Shown piece after piece: positions 38,419 to 47,209 of a stretch of DNA of 64,000 nucleotides. The translations under genes and the position numbers were made by a program. The notes beneath the pieces are model-generated. The model was not told the origin of the DNA. It made no database searches and was given only the letters and a program-made list of their open reading frames with translations. Position 1 is the first letter of the stretch. The number at the start of each line of letters is the position of its first letter. The DNA comes from an uncultured Bacillales bacterium (lineage in GTDB: Bacteria; Bacillota_I; Bacilli_A; RF39; UBA660): positions 601-64,600 of the forward strand of contig CAMODE010000028.1 in assembly GCA_946611235.1 (NCBI GenBank), given 5' to 3'.

Positions 38419-39153
38419 TTAATCTTCTTTAACAACATTCGAATTAGTAGTAAAACCATCCATATAATAACTAGGTATCTTTCCTTGAATAACTTTCATC
38501 GCAATCGGAATAGTAAAAGAAGTATTCATATCATTACTAACAATAGGAAGTATTACCCTAATATTAATACTAATATTAATATTAAGTTTAAGTAAAGCAT
38601 TATTCATACCATATTCTACTACTTCTGTACTAAATCCAGTAACAACATTTCGTGTGAAAGAAATGCGTACAGGAATCTTAGGACCAAAATTATTCAAAAA
38701 ACTATTATTAAAAGAAGCTCCAAAAGGAACCTCTACTACAATACCCCTTTTTAATAAATTAAAATTATAATCACTATAATAATCTTTAAACTTATCAACT
38801 TTACCCTCTTCAATATCTCTTAAATTATACTCTATATAATTAGTAATATTACTAAGTACCAAAGAAGATTTTTTAGAATCAAAATCAATTAAAATAATTT
38901 CACCATTACTATTATATCTAGGAGTAAAAAGATTATTATAATCAAATTCATTATTACCTTCCCCTATAGCATTATTAATAACAAGTAACATAAGTCTCTT
39001 AATTTCGTCTTCTGAATAACTAGTAATAACCGGAGTAACTCTATCAGAATAAAATTTAATAAGAAGAATAGAAAAAATAATAGAAATAACAATTAAAATA
39101 ATTATCAAAGAAAAAGTTTTACCCCTTTTCTTTTTTTTAAGTACTAATCTCAT
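38419..39153 (-). CDS. yunB: sporulation protein YunB
   Basis: NFGPKIPVRISF...YGMNNALLKLNINISINIRVILP...IPIAMKVIQGKIPSYY is colinear with B. subtilis YunB (NLGPKIPVRFNL...YGINNALIDISIFVEIKVKVIIP...VSIKAVQGEVPQFY). Confidence 0.88.
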   Translation of the reverse strand: MRLVLKKKKRGKTFSLIIILIVISIIFSILLIKFYSDRVTPVITSYSEDEIKRLMLLVINNAIGEGNNEFDYNNLFTPRYNSNGEIILIDFDSKKSSLVLSNITNYIEYNLRDIEEGKVDKFKDYYSDYNFNLLKRGIVVEVPFGASFNNSFLNNFGPKIPVRISFTRNVVTGFSTEVVEYGMNNALLKLNINISINIRVILPIVSNDMNTSFTIPIAMKVIQGKIPSYYMDGFTTNSNVVKED

Positions 39154-39174
39154 ATTAAATTATATGAAATATAA

Positions 39175-39450
39175 TCATCTAAATGAAATAAAACCCCCAT
39201 TAATTGATAATGTCATATATCCAAAAGAATTAAGTCTCGTACTAATTTCATAACTTTGCCTACCCTCATCACAATATAAATAATATATCTTACTCTTATC
39301 AAGATAATGTGAAAAATTATTAAGCAGATTATAATACGGAATATTAATAGCATTTTTAACATGAGATATATTATATGAATAATTATCTCTTATATCAACA
39401 ATAATAGGATTATCCATCTTCATTACCTCATCGATAGATATAGTATTCAT
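39175..39450 (-). CDS. rhodanese-domain protein
   Basis: IVDIRDNYSYNISHVKNAINIPY and active-site loop YCDEGRQS. Start trimmed to MNTISIDEV. Confidence 0.75.
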   Translation of the reverse strand: MNTISIDEVMKMDNPIIVDIRDNYSYNISHVKNAINIPYYNLLNNFSHYLDKSKIYYLYCDEGRQSYEISTRLNSFGYMTLSINGGFISFR

Positions 39451-39511
39451 ACTAACACCTCTAGTATAATATATACACAAATAATAAATATGAAAAGTTA
39501 ATAAGCACAAA

Positions 39512-39538
39512 AAAATGTAGCCATATAGGTTACATTTT
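39512..39538 (-). terminator. rho-independent terminator after the coupling-protein gene
   Basis: AAAATGTAGCC-ATAT-AGGTTACATTTT with a U-run on the minus strand. One mismatch relative to 31147-31173. Confidence 0.6.
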
Positions 39539-41732
39539 AATCATCATCTGCAAAGAAATCATCAAAGAAATCATCATCATCAGTATTATCTTCATAAACA
39601 GTAGTTACTTCTTTTTTATCTTCTGTCTCTACTTTATTATCAGTTACATTATCATCTACTTTAGTATCATTATCACTATTTTTATCTTCAAATGAAGCAT
39701 CAATAGTCTTATTCGGAACTAAATCTTTAACTGACACTTCTTCAGATTCTTTCTTCTCTTTAGCAAGTTCTTCTTCTTTTTCAATTTCCGCTATCTTAGC
39801 ATCTATCTTCTTTACCAAGTCATCAATATTAAAACTATCACTATCATTATTTTTAGAAGGTTCTTTCATAAAACCAGGTAGAGGTCCACCAAATGGATTA
39901 CCACCCATTGGAGCACCGCCAAACGGATTACCTCCCATTGGAGAACCACCAAATGGACTAGTTCCAATAAATGGATTAGCACCACCAAATGGTCCACTAG
40001 GTTGGAAAGATTCCATGCTAGCCATTTTTTCCTGTTTTTTTGCTTTAACATATTCCCTTATATCAAATAATTCAACAGGTTTCTTCTCTCTAGTTGGAGG
40101 CGTAGCTTTCGAATAACTCTTACCCCAGTCAACCTCAAAATCCGTTTGGAATCTTGTTTTATATGGAAATAATCTTCTTCTTAAAACAATAATTTCAAAT
40201 TTATTAAGTCTTTGTAAATCACTAACAGTAACAAGAGGTGTCGATGCTGTCTTATCCTTTTCCTTAGATTTAACTTCACCACACATCTTACTAATCTCTT
40301 CAAGAGCAGCAATTTCACTACTAATCAAATATAATAAATTACAGTTACCACGAATAGTATCACCATTTTCTTTACCATAAACTTGCGTAAGTTGAGCAAA
40401 GTTCTGAATAATAAAGGTAAATCTAATCAATCTACTTCTGGCAGCAGTAACCATTGTTGTAACATCTTTAAGTGGTGGCATATTAGCAAACTCATCCAAT
40501 ATAAAGTTAGTTCTAAATGGAAGTTTACCACCAGATTCTTGAGCAACATCAATAAGTGTTTCATAACATTGTTTAATAAATATCGTAGCAAGAGGATGTA
40601 ATGTCTTCTTTTCATCTTGAACAATTAAAAATACAGCCGTTTTCTTTCTACCAATATCTCTCATATCGAAATCACTATAAGAAAGCATCTCAGATAAATT
40701 TTCTCTAGAAGAAAATAATTTAATCTTCTGCTTAAATGTAGCAATAATACCTTGTTTAGTTTCATCAGCAGTAAATACCGTACCAGAAGCATTAATGTAT
40801 GCAGGTTTAGAAGGATCCTTACCATTAAAATACTCTTTAATATAATTATTATTAGGTCCTCCAAATCTCTCTTCACCTAAACTACACATTAAATTCAAAC
40901 TATTTAAGTTAACCTGCTCTGGAGTAGCATCTTCAAACAAACCTAAAGCAAGACCAGTAAAATAATCCGCTGCTGTCTTCTCCCAGAAAGGATCTCCACT
41001 ACTCTTTTCTTCATACAAGATATTTAAAGCAAGGTCATCCAATAACTCAATAGCCTTATCTGTATTACCTTCTTTATATAATTTATAAGGCAAACTCATC
41101 GGATTCCATGCATTACCATGCTGTGGATCTCTAAAATTTAAAGTAACAATATTATAACCAGCTTCTTTTAATATTTCAGCAGTCTCTTCATATAACTCAC
41201 CCTTAGGGTCAGTTAAAATCATCGATTCATTATGTTTAGCAAGAAGTTTAATCATCGGTTTAGCAACAATAACAGTTTTACCACTACCAGTAGCACCCAT
41301 TACCAAGTAATGATCCTCACCATTATCAACCCACATCTTACCTTTCTTACTATATAAAGCAATACCAGCAGCAGGAATACTCTTATCTTTAATATTAACT
41401 ACTTCTAATCCTTTTTTAAACTCATTATCCGTAGCCCACCTAGAATATCCTTTTTCTTTCTTAGAACCAATACTAATTCCAAATCCACCCTTATCACTAC
41501 TAAAGATATAAGATTTAACAGCTAAGAAAATTCCTATTAAAGATACTAAAAATAATAAAAATGTTGCCCCAATATATCTACTAGTAAAAGCCATAAAAGG
41601 CAAAAAACCATAAAATTTACCATTAGCAAAAATACTAGCTACATTAAGTACTCCTATTGCACATAAATACAATAAAAATACACAAAAGCAAATAAATATT
41701 ATTAAATCTTTCTTTTCTACTTTTATTTTCAT
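39537..41732 (-). CDS. virD4: type IV secretion coupling protein (VirD4/TraG/PcfC family) with low-complexity C-terminal extension
   Basis: Two N-terminal TMs, Walker A GATGSGKT, TDPKGELY, FILDEFANMP (Walker B), IIQNFAQL. C-terminal GGNPFGG repeats and a D/F-rich tail. Confidence 0.9.
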   Translation of the reverse strand: MKIKVEKKDLIIFICFCVFLLYLCAIGVLNVASIFANGKFYGFLPFMAFTSRYIGATFLLFLVSLIGIFLAVKSYIFSSDKGGFGISIGSKKEKGYSRWATDNEFKKGLEVVNIKDKSIPAAGIALYSKKGKMWVDNGEDHYLVMGATGSGKTVIVAKPMIKLLAKHNESMILTDPKGELYEETAEILKEAGYNIVTLNFRDPQHGNAWNPMSLPYKLYKEGNTDKAIELLDDLALNILYEEKSSGDPFWEKTAADYFTGLALGLFEDATPEQVNLNSLNLMCSLGEERFGGPNNNYIKEYFNGKDPSKPAYINASGTVFTADETKQGIIATFKQKIKLFSSRENLSEMLSYSDFDMRDIGRKKTAVFLIVQDEKKTLHPLATIFIKQCYETLIDVAQESGGKLPFRTNFILDEFANMPPLKDVTTMVTAARSRLIRFTFIIQNFAQLTQVYGKENGDTIRGNCNLLYLISSEIAALEEISKMCGEVKSKEKDKTASTPLVTVSDLQRLNKFEIIVLRRRLFPYKTRFQTDFEVDWGKSYSKATPPTREKKPVELFDIREYVKAKKQEKMASMESFQPSGPFGGANPFIGTSPFGGSPMGGNPFGGAPMGGNPFGGPLPGFMKEPSKNNDSDSFNIDDLVKKIDAKIAEIEKEEELAKEKKESEEVSVKDLVPNKTIDASFEDKNSDNDTKVDDNVTDNKVETEDKKEVTTVYEDNTDDDDFFDDFFADDD

Positions 41733-41896
41733 CTAATAACACCTCTCAAACTAACAATATTATAGCATTATAAGTATAAAAAGTAAACAAAAAAATAAAA
41801 AAGAAAAAAGAGCAATTAAGCCCTTTATATATTCAGATACAGTTAGTCTATTTCAACATACCTATCATCATTAATTAATATATTTATTATCAATAA

Positions 41897-42829
41897 TTAA
41901 TTATGTGAATTATTACTTGAAGCATTTTCAGAATTACCTTCCATTTTTCTAACTCTTGCCAATGGTCTATCTACGTCAGTGGTTCCATTTTTATTTAAAG
42001 CACTTAATAACAAAGCCGTTGTAGTATCTTGACCACTGGAAGTACCTAAACTAGCAATAACATTTGCATTAGAGCCAGAAATTAGCACTGTTTTAATAAC
42101 TTCAGAAATTAAATTTTCATCATAACCATTTTCGGCTAACACAGCAATCGTTGCCTTTAAAATAATATTTTGACGATATGCTTCAGCTTCAGCAGAAATC
42201 TTTTGAGCTTCAGCATTAATTACTGCTTGCTCTTTTTTACTTTTTGCTTCAGCAATTGCTCTTTTATTTTCCAATTCTTGGGTTTTAGCTTTTTCGTAGT
42301 CATCTACTAAAGCCTGAGGAAGTTTAATATTTTTGAAAGATAAATGGCTAACATGAAGACCAGTTCTAGCCTCAAATGCATTAAATAAATCACCCGGGTC
42401 TTTTTCATCTATTGAGTAATTTCTTCCAATTAGTTCTTGAGCACTTTTACTCTCCACAAAACTACGGATAACATCCTTTACTAAAATTCCTAATTCTTGA
42501 ATTGGATTAGTATTTTCATATTCAAATTTATATGGATCAGCAATTCTAACTGTTAATGCCGGATCTATTTCAACATAAATACCTTCATTAGTTAAATACT
42601 TCTCTGCAGGATAATCGATCACCGTTTTAGTGACATTAACAAGTTTACTACGATACCATGGTAAAACAAATCTAAATCCACTATTTTTAACAGTTACCTT
42701 TCCAGTCAAAACATTTTGACAAATCAACTTTGCATTTTTCGGTATCATTCTAAATAATTTAACATTATAACTTTTATATAATTCCGAATTAACTTCTGGT
42801 ATAAAAGCATTTTTTTCATTTTGTTCCAT
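41897..42829 (-). CDS. SPFH/band-7 (stomatin/prohibitin-like) domain protein
   Basis: SPFH-like core (...VIDYPAEKYLTNEGIYVEIDPALTVRIADPYKF...) followed by A/E/K coiled coil (ELENKRAIAEAKSKKEQAVINAEAQKISAEAEAYRQN). Start set at the Met after AAGGGGGA. Confidence 0.7.
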   Translation of the reverse strand: MEQNEKNAFIPEVNSELYKSYNVKLFRMIPKNAKLICQNVLTGKVTVKNSGFRFVLPWYRSKLVNVTKTVIDYPAEKYLTNEGIYVEIDPALTVRIADPYKFEYENTNPIQELGILVKDVIRSFVESKSAQELIGRNYSIDEKDPGDLFNAFEARTGLHVSHLSFKNIKLPQALVDDYEKAKTQELENKRAIAEAKSKKEQAVINAEAQKISAEAEAYRQNIILKATIAVLAENGYDENLISEVIKTVLISGSNANVIASLGTSSGQDTTTALLLSALNKNGTTDVDRPLARVRKMEGNSENASSNNSHN

Positions 42830-42967
42830 AATCATTTCCCCCTTAAACTTAAAAGGATTTCCCCTTAAGCAATTAAATTGTATCACAAAAGCGTACATTT
42901 GTCAAATTTGAATAATATTCTACAGCAAAAAAACAAATTTTATTCAAAAAAAGTGTTATAAAAACAC

Positions 42968-43807
42968 TTATTCTTCATTACTTTTAAAATAAAAATTAAC
43001 CTTATAATTCATAACCCCATTCTCACTAAAAGAATAAGAATTATCATTATTATCAATAACAGTATATACTCTATTATCTTTATATTCATCCATATTACAT
43101 AACTTACTAGAAGAAGTAATCTTACTTATATTATCATCAACATATTTATTAAATTCTTCATAAGTATTAAATCTCTTCTTCATACTATCATTAAGCATTT
43201 CATAAGCATCTTTAGTATTATTAAATAATTTACTAACATAATCAGAAAAATATAATTTACATATCTGTACATCAGTAATATTTTCACTTTCAATCATTTT
43301 ATTATTTGGATTACTATCAATATTAATTTTCTTAATACTATTAATAACCTTCTTATAATTATCACTATTTACAGGATATAGAGAATAAGTATTATTAGAA
43401 ACATCATTAAGAACAACTATTTTAAAATTGTCATCAATAATATTAGTACTATCAAAATCATTCTCTATAATTTTACCATTAACTAAATATAAATAATTCT
43501 TACCTATTTTAACATATTCAATATTATTAGTACTAACTTCCGATAATACAGAATAATTTTTACTATCTATAATAGTATTACTATCTAAATATCTATCATC
43601 TAACAAAGACTTAACATTATCATTATTTGTAACCATATAACTAATATAATTATTAACCTCTCTTGTAATAGAAAAGAAAGTACTATAATCATTTACATAT
43701 ACTAACTTATCAGTATTACTTTTTCTACTAGTAAAGAATATAATAAGTCCACATATAATACAAACAACAAGTACGACAATTAAAGTTTTCTTATCATCTT
43801 TTTTCAT
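42968..43807 (-). CDS. membrane-anchored protein at the PrgL/TcpC (VirB8-like) position
   Basis: N-terminal TM plus a ~250-aa ectodomain. Assignment is by synteny only (follows the hydrolase, as prgL follows prgK). Confidence 0.3.
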   Translation of the reverse strand: MKKDDKKTLIVVLVVCIICGLIIFFTSRKSNTDKLVYVNDYSTFFSITREVNNYISYMVTNNDNVKSLLDDRYLDSNTIIDSKNYSVLSEVSTNNIEYVKIGKNYLYLVNGKIIENDFDSTNIIDDNFKIVVLNDVSNNTYSLYPVNSDNYKKVINSIKKINIDSNPNNKMIESENITDVQICKLYFSDYVSKLFNNTKDAYEMLNDSMKKRFNTYEEFNKYVDDNISKITSSSKLCNMDEYKDNRVYTVIDNNDNSYSFSENGVMNYKVNFYFKSNEE

Positions 43808-44547
43808 TGTAATTCCTCCGTTATTAAATTATCTTTCATGTTACTAGGTCTCGGTTTATCAACAGAAACATATTCGAGAGGATCAGATTTATTACCATTT
43901 ATTCTTATTTCAAAATGAAGATGTCCTCCCGTAGAATTACCAGAAGAACCACTTTTAGCAATTACTTGCCCTTGCATAACATAATCCCCTTTTTTTACAG
44001 TAATAGAATCAGCATACAAGTGACCATATAAAGATATAATACCATCACCATGATCAATCATAACATAATTACCATAACTCTTGCAATTAGCTCCGTATGG
44101 AAAATTAGTGCATGTTCCAATACTAACATTATCATTAACATCAGGATATAATACTGTACCACTCTTCGTAGCAATGACATTTTCCTGACCGACAACAGCA
44201 GCAATATCAATTGCTCCATGAGCTCCACTATGAACATCATCATTACCCGCAAACCAAGCCGTTATTGTAGTCGCCGAAGGACTTCCCGTCGCAAACTCTT
44301 TGCCATTAACAGTAGTAATCTCACTACTACCAATAGGCCAATAATATCCCGTATTATCATTAGTAGAACTATATCCTTCATATGCATAACTATTAGAACT
44401 ACTTCCACCATCAAAATCAATTATACCAAGTACTAACCCAACAGGAACAAAAATAATAACAATAAAAAAGATGATGAATATAAAAGGAGAAATAGCACCC
44501 GCAATAACAAGTTTTTTCTTCATATCTCCATTCATAATATTCACCAC
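43804..44547 (-). CDS. membrane-anchored M23 (LytM-type) peptidoglycan hydrolase
   Basis: HGAIDIAA, GNYVMIDHGDGIISLYGHL, GSSGNSTGGHLHFEIR. Confidence 0.88.
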   Translation of the reverse strand: MVNIMNGDMKKKLVIAGAISPFIFIIFFIVIIFVPVGLVLGIIDFDGGSSSNSYAYEGYSSTNDNTGYYWPIGSSEITTVNGKEFATGSPSATTITAWFAGNDDVHSGAHGAIDIAAVVGQENVIATKSGTVLYPDVNDNVSIGTCTNFPYGANCKSYGNYVMIDHGDGIISLYGHLYADSITVKKGDYVMQGQVIAKSGSSGNSTGGHLHFEIRINGNKSDPLEYVSVDKPRPSNMKDNLITEELQ

Positions 44548-44558
44548 CTTAAATAATA

Positions 44559-46343
44559 TTACAATCCACCACCAGAACCAAATGATTCTAATTCATCTTC
44601 TGTAACAATTACATTAATTTGCATTCTTCTATTACCACATACAAATAATGCTTCACCCTGACTAAATCTCTTAATAGCTTCTTTCTCATTATCATTTAAA
44701 TCAATAAGCATTGATAAATCATCAACAGCTTGTTTCTTTAATCCCATTACCAAGTAATAAGAAGAATTATCAAATATAGCTTTACCATGCATTAATATTC
44801 CATCTGCTACAAAATCTGAAGGTTGCTGTGTAATAATAATCGTACCAGTATTATATTTTCTAGCCCTTCTCTGAACCTGGGCAAGAAATTCCGCTCCAAG
44901 TTCATTTTTAGCTCCTAATAATACATGAGCTTCATCAACAGATAAAACAGTATTAACATCAGGATTTAAACAAAGTCCCCAAGCAAACTTAAGAACATTA
45001 AATAAAAGTGCATTTCGAATATTAACATCAGAGTTCATAAGCTCTTTAATATTAAATACAAGAAAATCACTATCCGTATTAATAGATGTCTTACCATTAA
45101 AGAAATACTTAAGTTCTCTTACTAAAGGCCTAAGTTTTAACTCTAACCTTTCCATAACATCTCTTTCATGAGTCTTTTCTGTCATCGAAGTAAGTTTACT
45201 AGTAACAGTAACATAAACATCACTAAATGTTGGATAATCAGCTGATGTAAATTTAGAGAAATCGCTAGTAAAAGTAATACCAAATCTAGCATAAGTATCT
45301 TGTACAATTTCACTAAATAAAGTAAGAACATCATCTTCAATATCAGGAGAATAATACTTCATAAATGCCTTTAAAGATTGAAGAGTCTTATTAAGAACCG
45401 TATATCCAAGACCATTCTTAATCTCTGTTTCATCAGCATCCATAATAACCTCAAGTGGATTAACCATACCATATTCTCCACCTTTACCAAGGTCTACTAC
45501 ATCTCCACCGTACATCCTAGTCATTTCACTAATTTCACCCTCAGGATCTACAGCAACAATCTGATAACCATTTCTAATATGACTTCTAAGAATAAGCTTA
45601 GCCGCAGTACTCTTACCACTACCAGAAGTACCAAGCATAATCATATTAGCATTATTTCTATTACTCTCTTTTCTTAATTGATATAAAAACTGATTAAATA
45701 ACACTACTCCACCAGAAAAATCAACACCAAGTAAGGTAGATAAACCATCATCTTTAATACTATCAAAGATAAAAGGATACATCGCAGCCATTGTAGGAGA
45801 AGGCATAGGCGTACCAATTCTATCCTCAATAACTTGCTTTTCAAATATAGGAAGCATTGACTTAAATACCCTTTCCTGTTCAAATCTTAAAGGAATAGCT
45901 CTAAGCTCCATAGCATCCATATAATTCTTCACATTAACCTTTTTCATTTCAAGTTCTTCTCTAGTATCAGCAGTAATCATAATATGCATTTGAAAATCAA
46001 AAGTTCTAGCTTGCGAAGCAGTAAACTGTTGAATAAAATATTCAAGTGATTCAACATCTTGTCTAATTCTTTCTTGAATAGTTCTATCCTTTTCCTGTTG
46101 ATATCTACTTCTAAGATCAGATATCTCTTTATTAAGCATCTTAGATAAAACACTAAAAGATACCGGAATATGCTTAATAACAAGTTTAACACCAGACATA
46201 TTAGTCAAATTAGATAAATAACCAGGACCAATAAATCTAGGATAAGAAATAACCGTTAAAATAGTAGCATACTTATCACTAATAACAAAATCCGAAGGAT
46301 TAAATTGTAATCCCTTAGGAGCAATCTCACTCTTAAAATTCAT
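44559..46343 (-). CDS. virB4: VirB4/PrgJ-type T4SS ATPase, C-terminal (ATPase) part
   Basis: Walker A GTSGSGKST, AVDPEGE, Walker B SVDEAHVLL, IIITQQPSD. Confidence 0.9.
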   Translation of the reverse strand: MNFKSEIAPKGLQFNPSDFVISDKYATILTVISYPRFIGPGYLSNLTNMSGVKLVIKHIPVSFSVLSKMLNKEISDLRSRYQQEKDRTIQERIRQDVESLEYFIQQFTASQARTFDFQMHIMITADTREELEMKKVNVKNYMDAMELRAIPLRFEQERVFKSMLPIFEKQVIEDRIGTPMPSPTMAAMYPFIFDSIKDDGLSTLLGVDFSGGVVLFNQFLYQLRKESNRNNANMIMLGTSGSGKSTAAKLILRSHIRNGYQIVAVDPEGEISEMTRMYGGDVVDLGKGGEYGMVNPLEVIMDADETEIKNGLGYTVLNKTLQSLKAFMKYYSPDIEDDVLTLFSEIVQDTYARFGITFTSDFSKFTSADYPTFSDVYVTVTSKLTSMTEKTHERDVMERLELKLRPLVRELKYFFNGKTSINTDSDFLVFNIKELMNSDVNIRNALLFNVLKFAWGLCLNPDVNTVLSVDEAHVLLGAKNELGAEFLAQVQRRARKYNTGTIIITQQPSDFVADGILMHGKAIFDNSSYYLVMGLKKQAVDDLSMLIDLNDNEKEAIKRFSQGEALFVCGNRRMQINVIVTEDELESFGSGGGL

Positions 46344-46897
46344 TACGAAGTCACCACCTTAAAATTAGTAGTCATTCCACTATTAAGAAAATTATCAAGT
46401 ATTACTCTTAAGTCATCATTAGAAGTTTGAACAGCCTCTAACCCACTATTAGCGAGTCCAGTAATCAAAGTTCTAAGTCTTTTCTGAATAATATCATCAT
46501 TCTTCTCTTTAAATAAAATATAGTATTCAGTATCAGTAATATTATTATTCATAAAAGTATTAGCCTTATCAATATCCTGATTAATAAGCTTTCTAACTGC
46601 TGGACTAGTACTCTGATTATATAATAATTGCAATCTAGCCAAATAAGCATTCAAGTCAACAGGTCTATCAGCACTAATAAGCCAAAACTCAAAATCAATC
46701 ATATTATAAAAATTTTTTAATGCTACAATAACATTATCTTGAATAGACTGATCAAGAATAAAGATATTTCTTGGCTTAATCTTAACACCAGTAACTTTTT
46801 TCTTATTATCTAAGATAATACAACCATTAGTAATAGAATTAATAGGAACCCAATCCTCAGTAAAGCCACTATTTGTCTTCTTTCCCGAACTTTTCAT
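46343..46897 (-). CDS. VirB4/PrgJ N-terminal domain encoded as a separate ORF
   Basis: MKSSGKKTNSGFTEDWVPINSITNGCIILDNKKKVTGVKIKPRNIFILDQ... resembles the N-terminal region of Gram-positive VirB4 proteins. Its stop overlaps the next ATG (TAATG at 46341-46345). The longer ORF-track N-terminus is an alternate frame of the VirB3-like gene. Confidence 0.6.
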   Translation of the reverse strand: MKSSGKKTNSGFTEDWVPINSITNGCIILDNKKKVTGVKIKPRNIFILDQSIQDNVIVALKNFYNMIDFEFWLISADRPVDLNAYLARLQLLYNQSTSPAVRKLINQDIDKANTFMNNNITDTEYYILFKEKNDDIIQKRLRTLITGLANSGLEAVQTSNDDLRVILDNFLNSGMTTNFKVVTS

Positions 46898-47189
46898 AAA
46901 AACACCAACCTCTCCATTTATAATTTCTTTTTTCAATAAAAAACCTATATATACTCTGTATCGCACAAAGTACATTATGATAATTAGGAATAGGAACCAC
47001 CAAGAGTCCAGTGATAGCAACTGGTAAACAAGATATAAGTACCAGTATACTATCATTAGAATCAACCATAACAAGTAATAATAAAGATACTAAAGCCCCA
47101 GTCCCAAACATAATCAAATCAAAAGGCCTAAAAATATTAAATATAAGTGTACCCTTCTTAGCATTAGCAGGTACTAAATAACCATTCAC
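46869..47189 (-). CDS. PrgI-family (VirB3-like) small membrane protein
   Basis: 106 aa. LIFNIFRPFDLIMFGTGALVSLLLLV plus a second TM. Lies immediately upstream of virB4, as prgI does. Confidence 0.6.
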   Translation of the reverse strand: MNGYLVPANAKKGTLIFNIFRPFDLIMFGTGALVSLLLLVMVDSNDSILVLISCLPVAITGLLVVPIPNYHNVLCAIQSIYRFFIEKRNYKWRGWCFYEKFGKEDK

Positions 47190-47209
47190 TATGTATCACA
47201 CCCTTCTTA

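Noticed and set aside
39880-40012. The GGNPFGG-coding region as a DNA tandem repeat or phase-variable tract.
   Set aside because: The repeats are degenerate at the nucleotide level and in frame within the virD4 ORF. They are better described as a protein low-complexity region.
46898-47074. Long hydrophobic N-terminal extension of the VirB4 N-domain ORF (ORF track 46343-47074).
   Set aside because: The extension is an alternate frame of the PrgI/VirB3-like gene. The internal Met (MKSSGKK...) starts the recognisable VirB4-like sequence.
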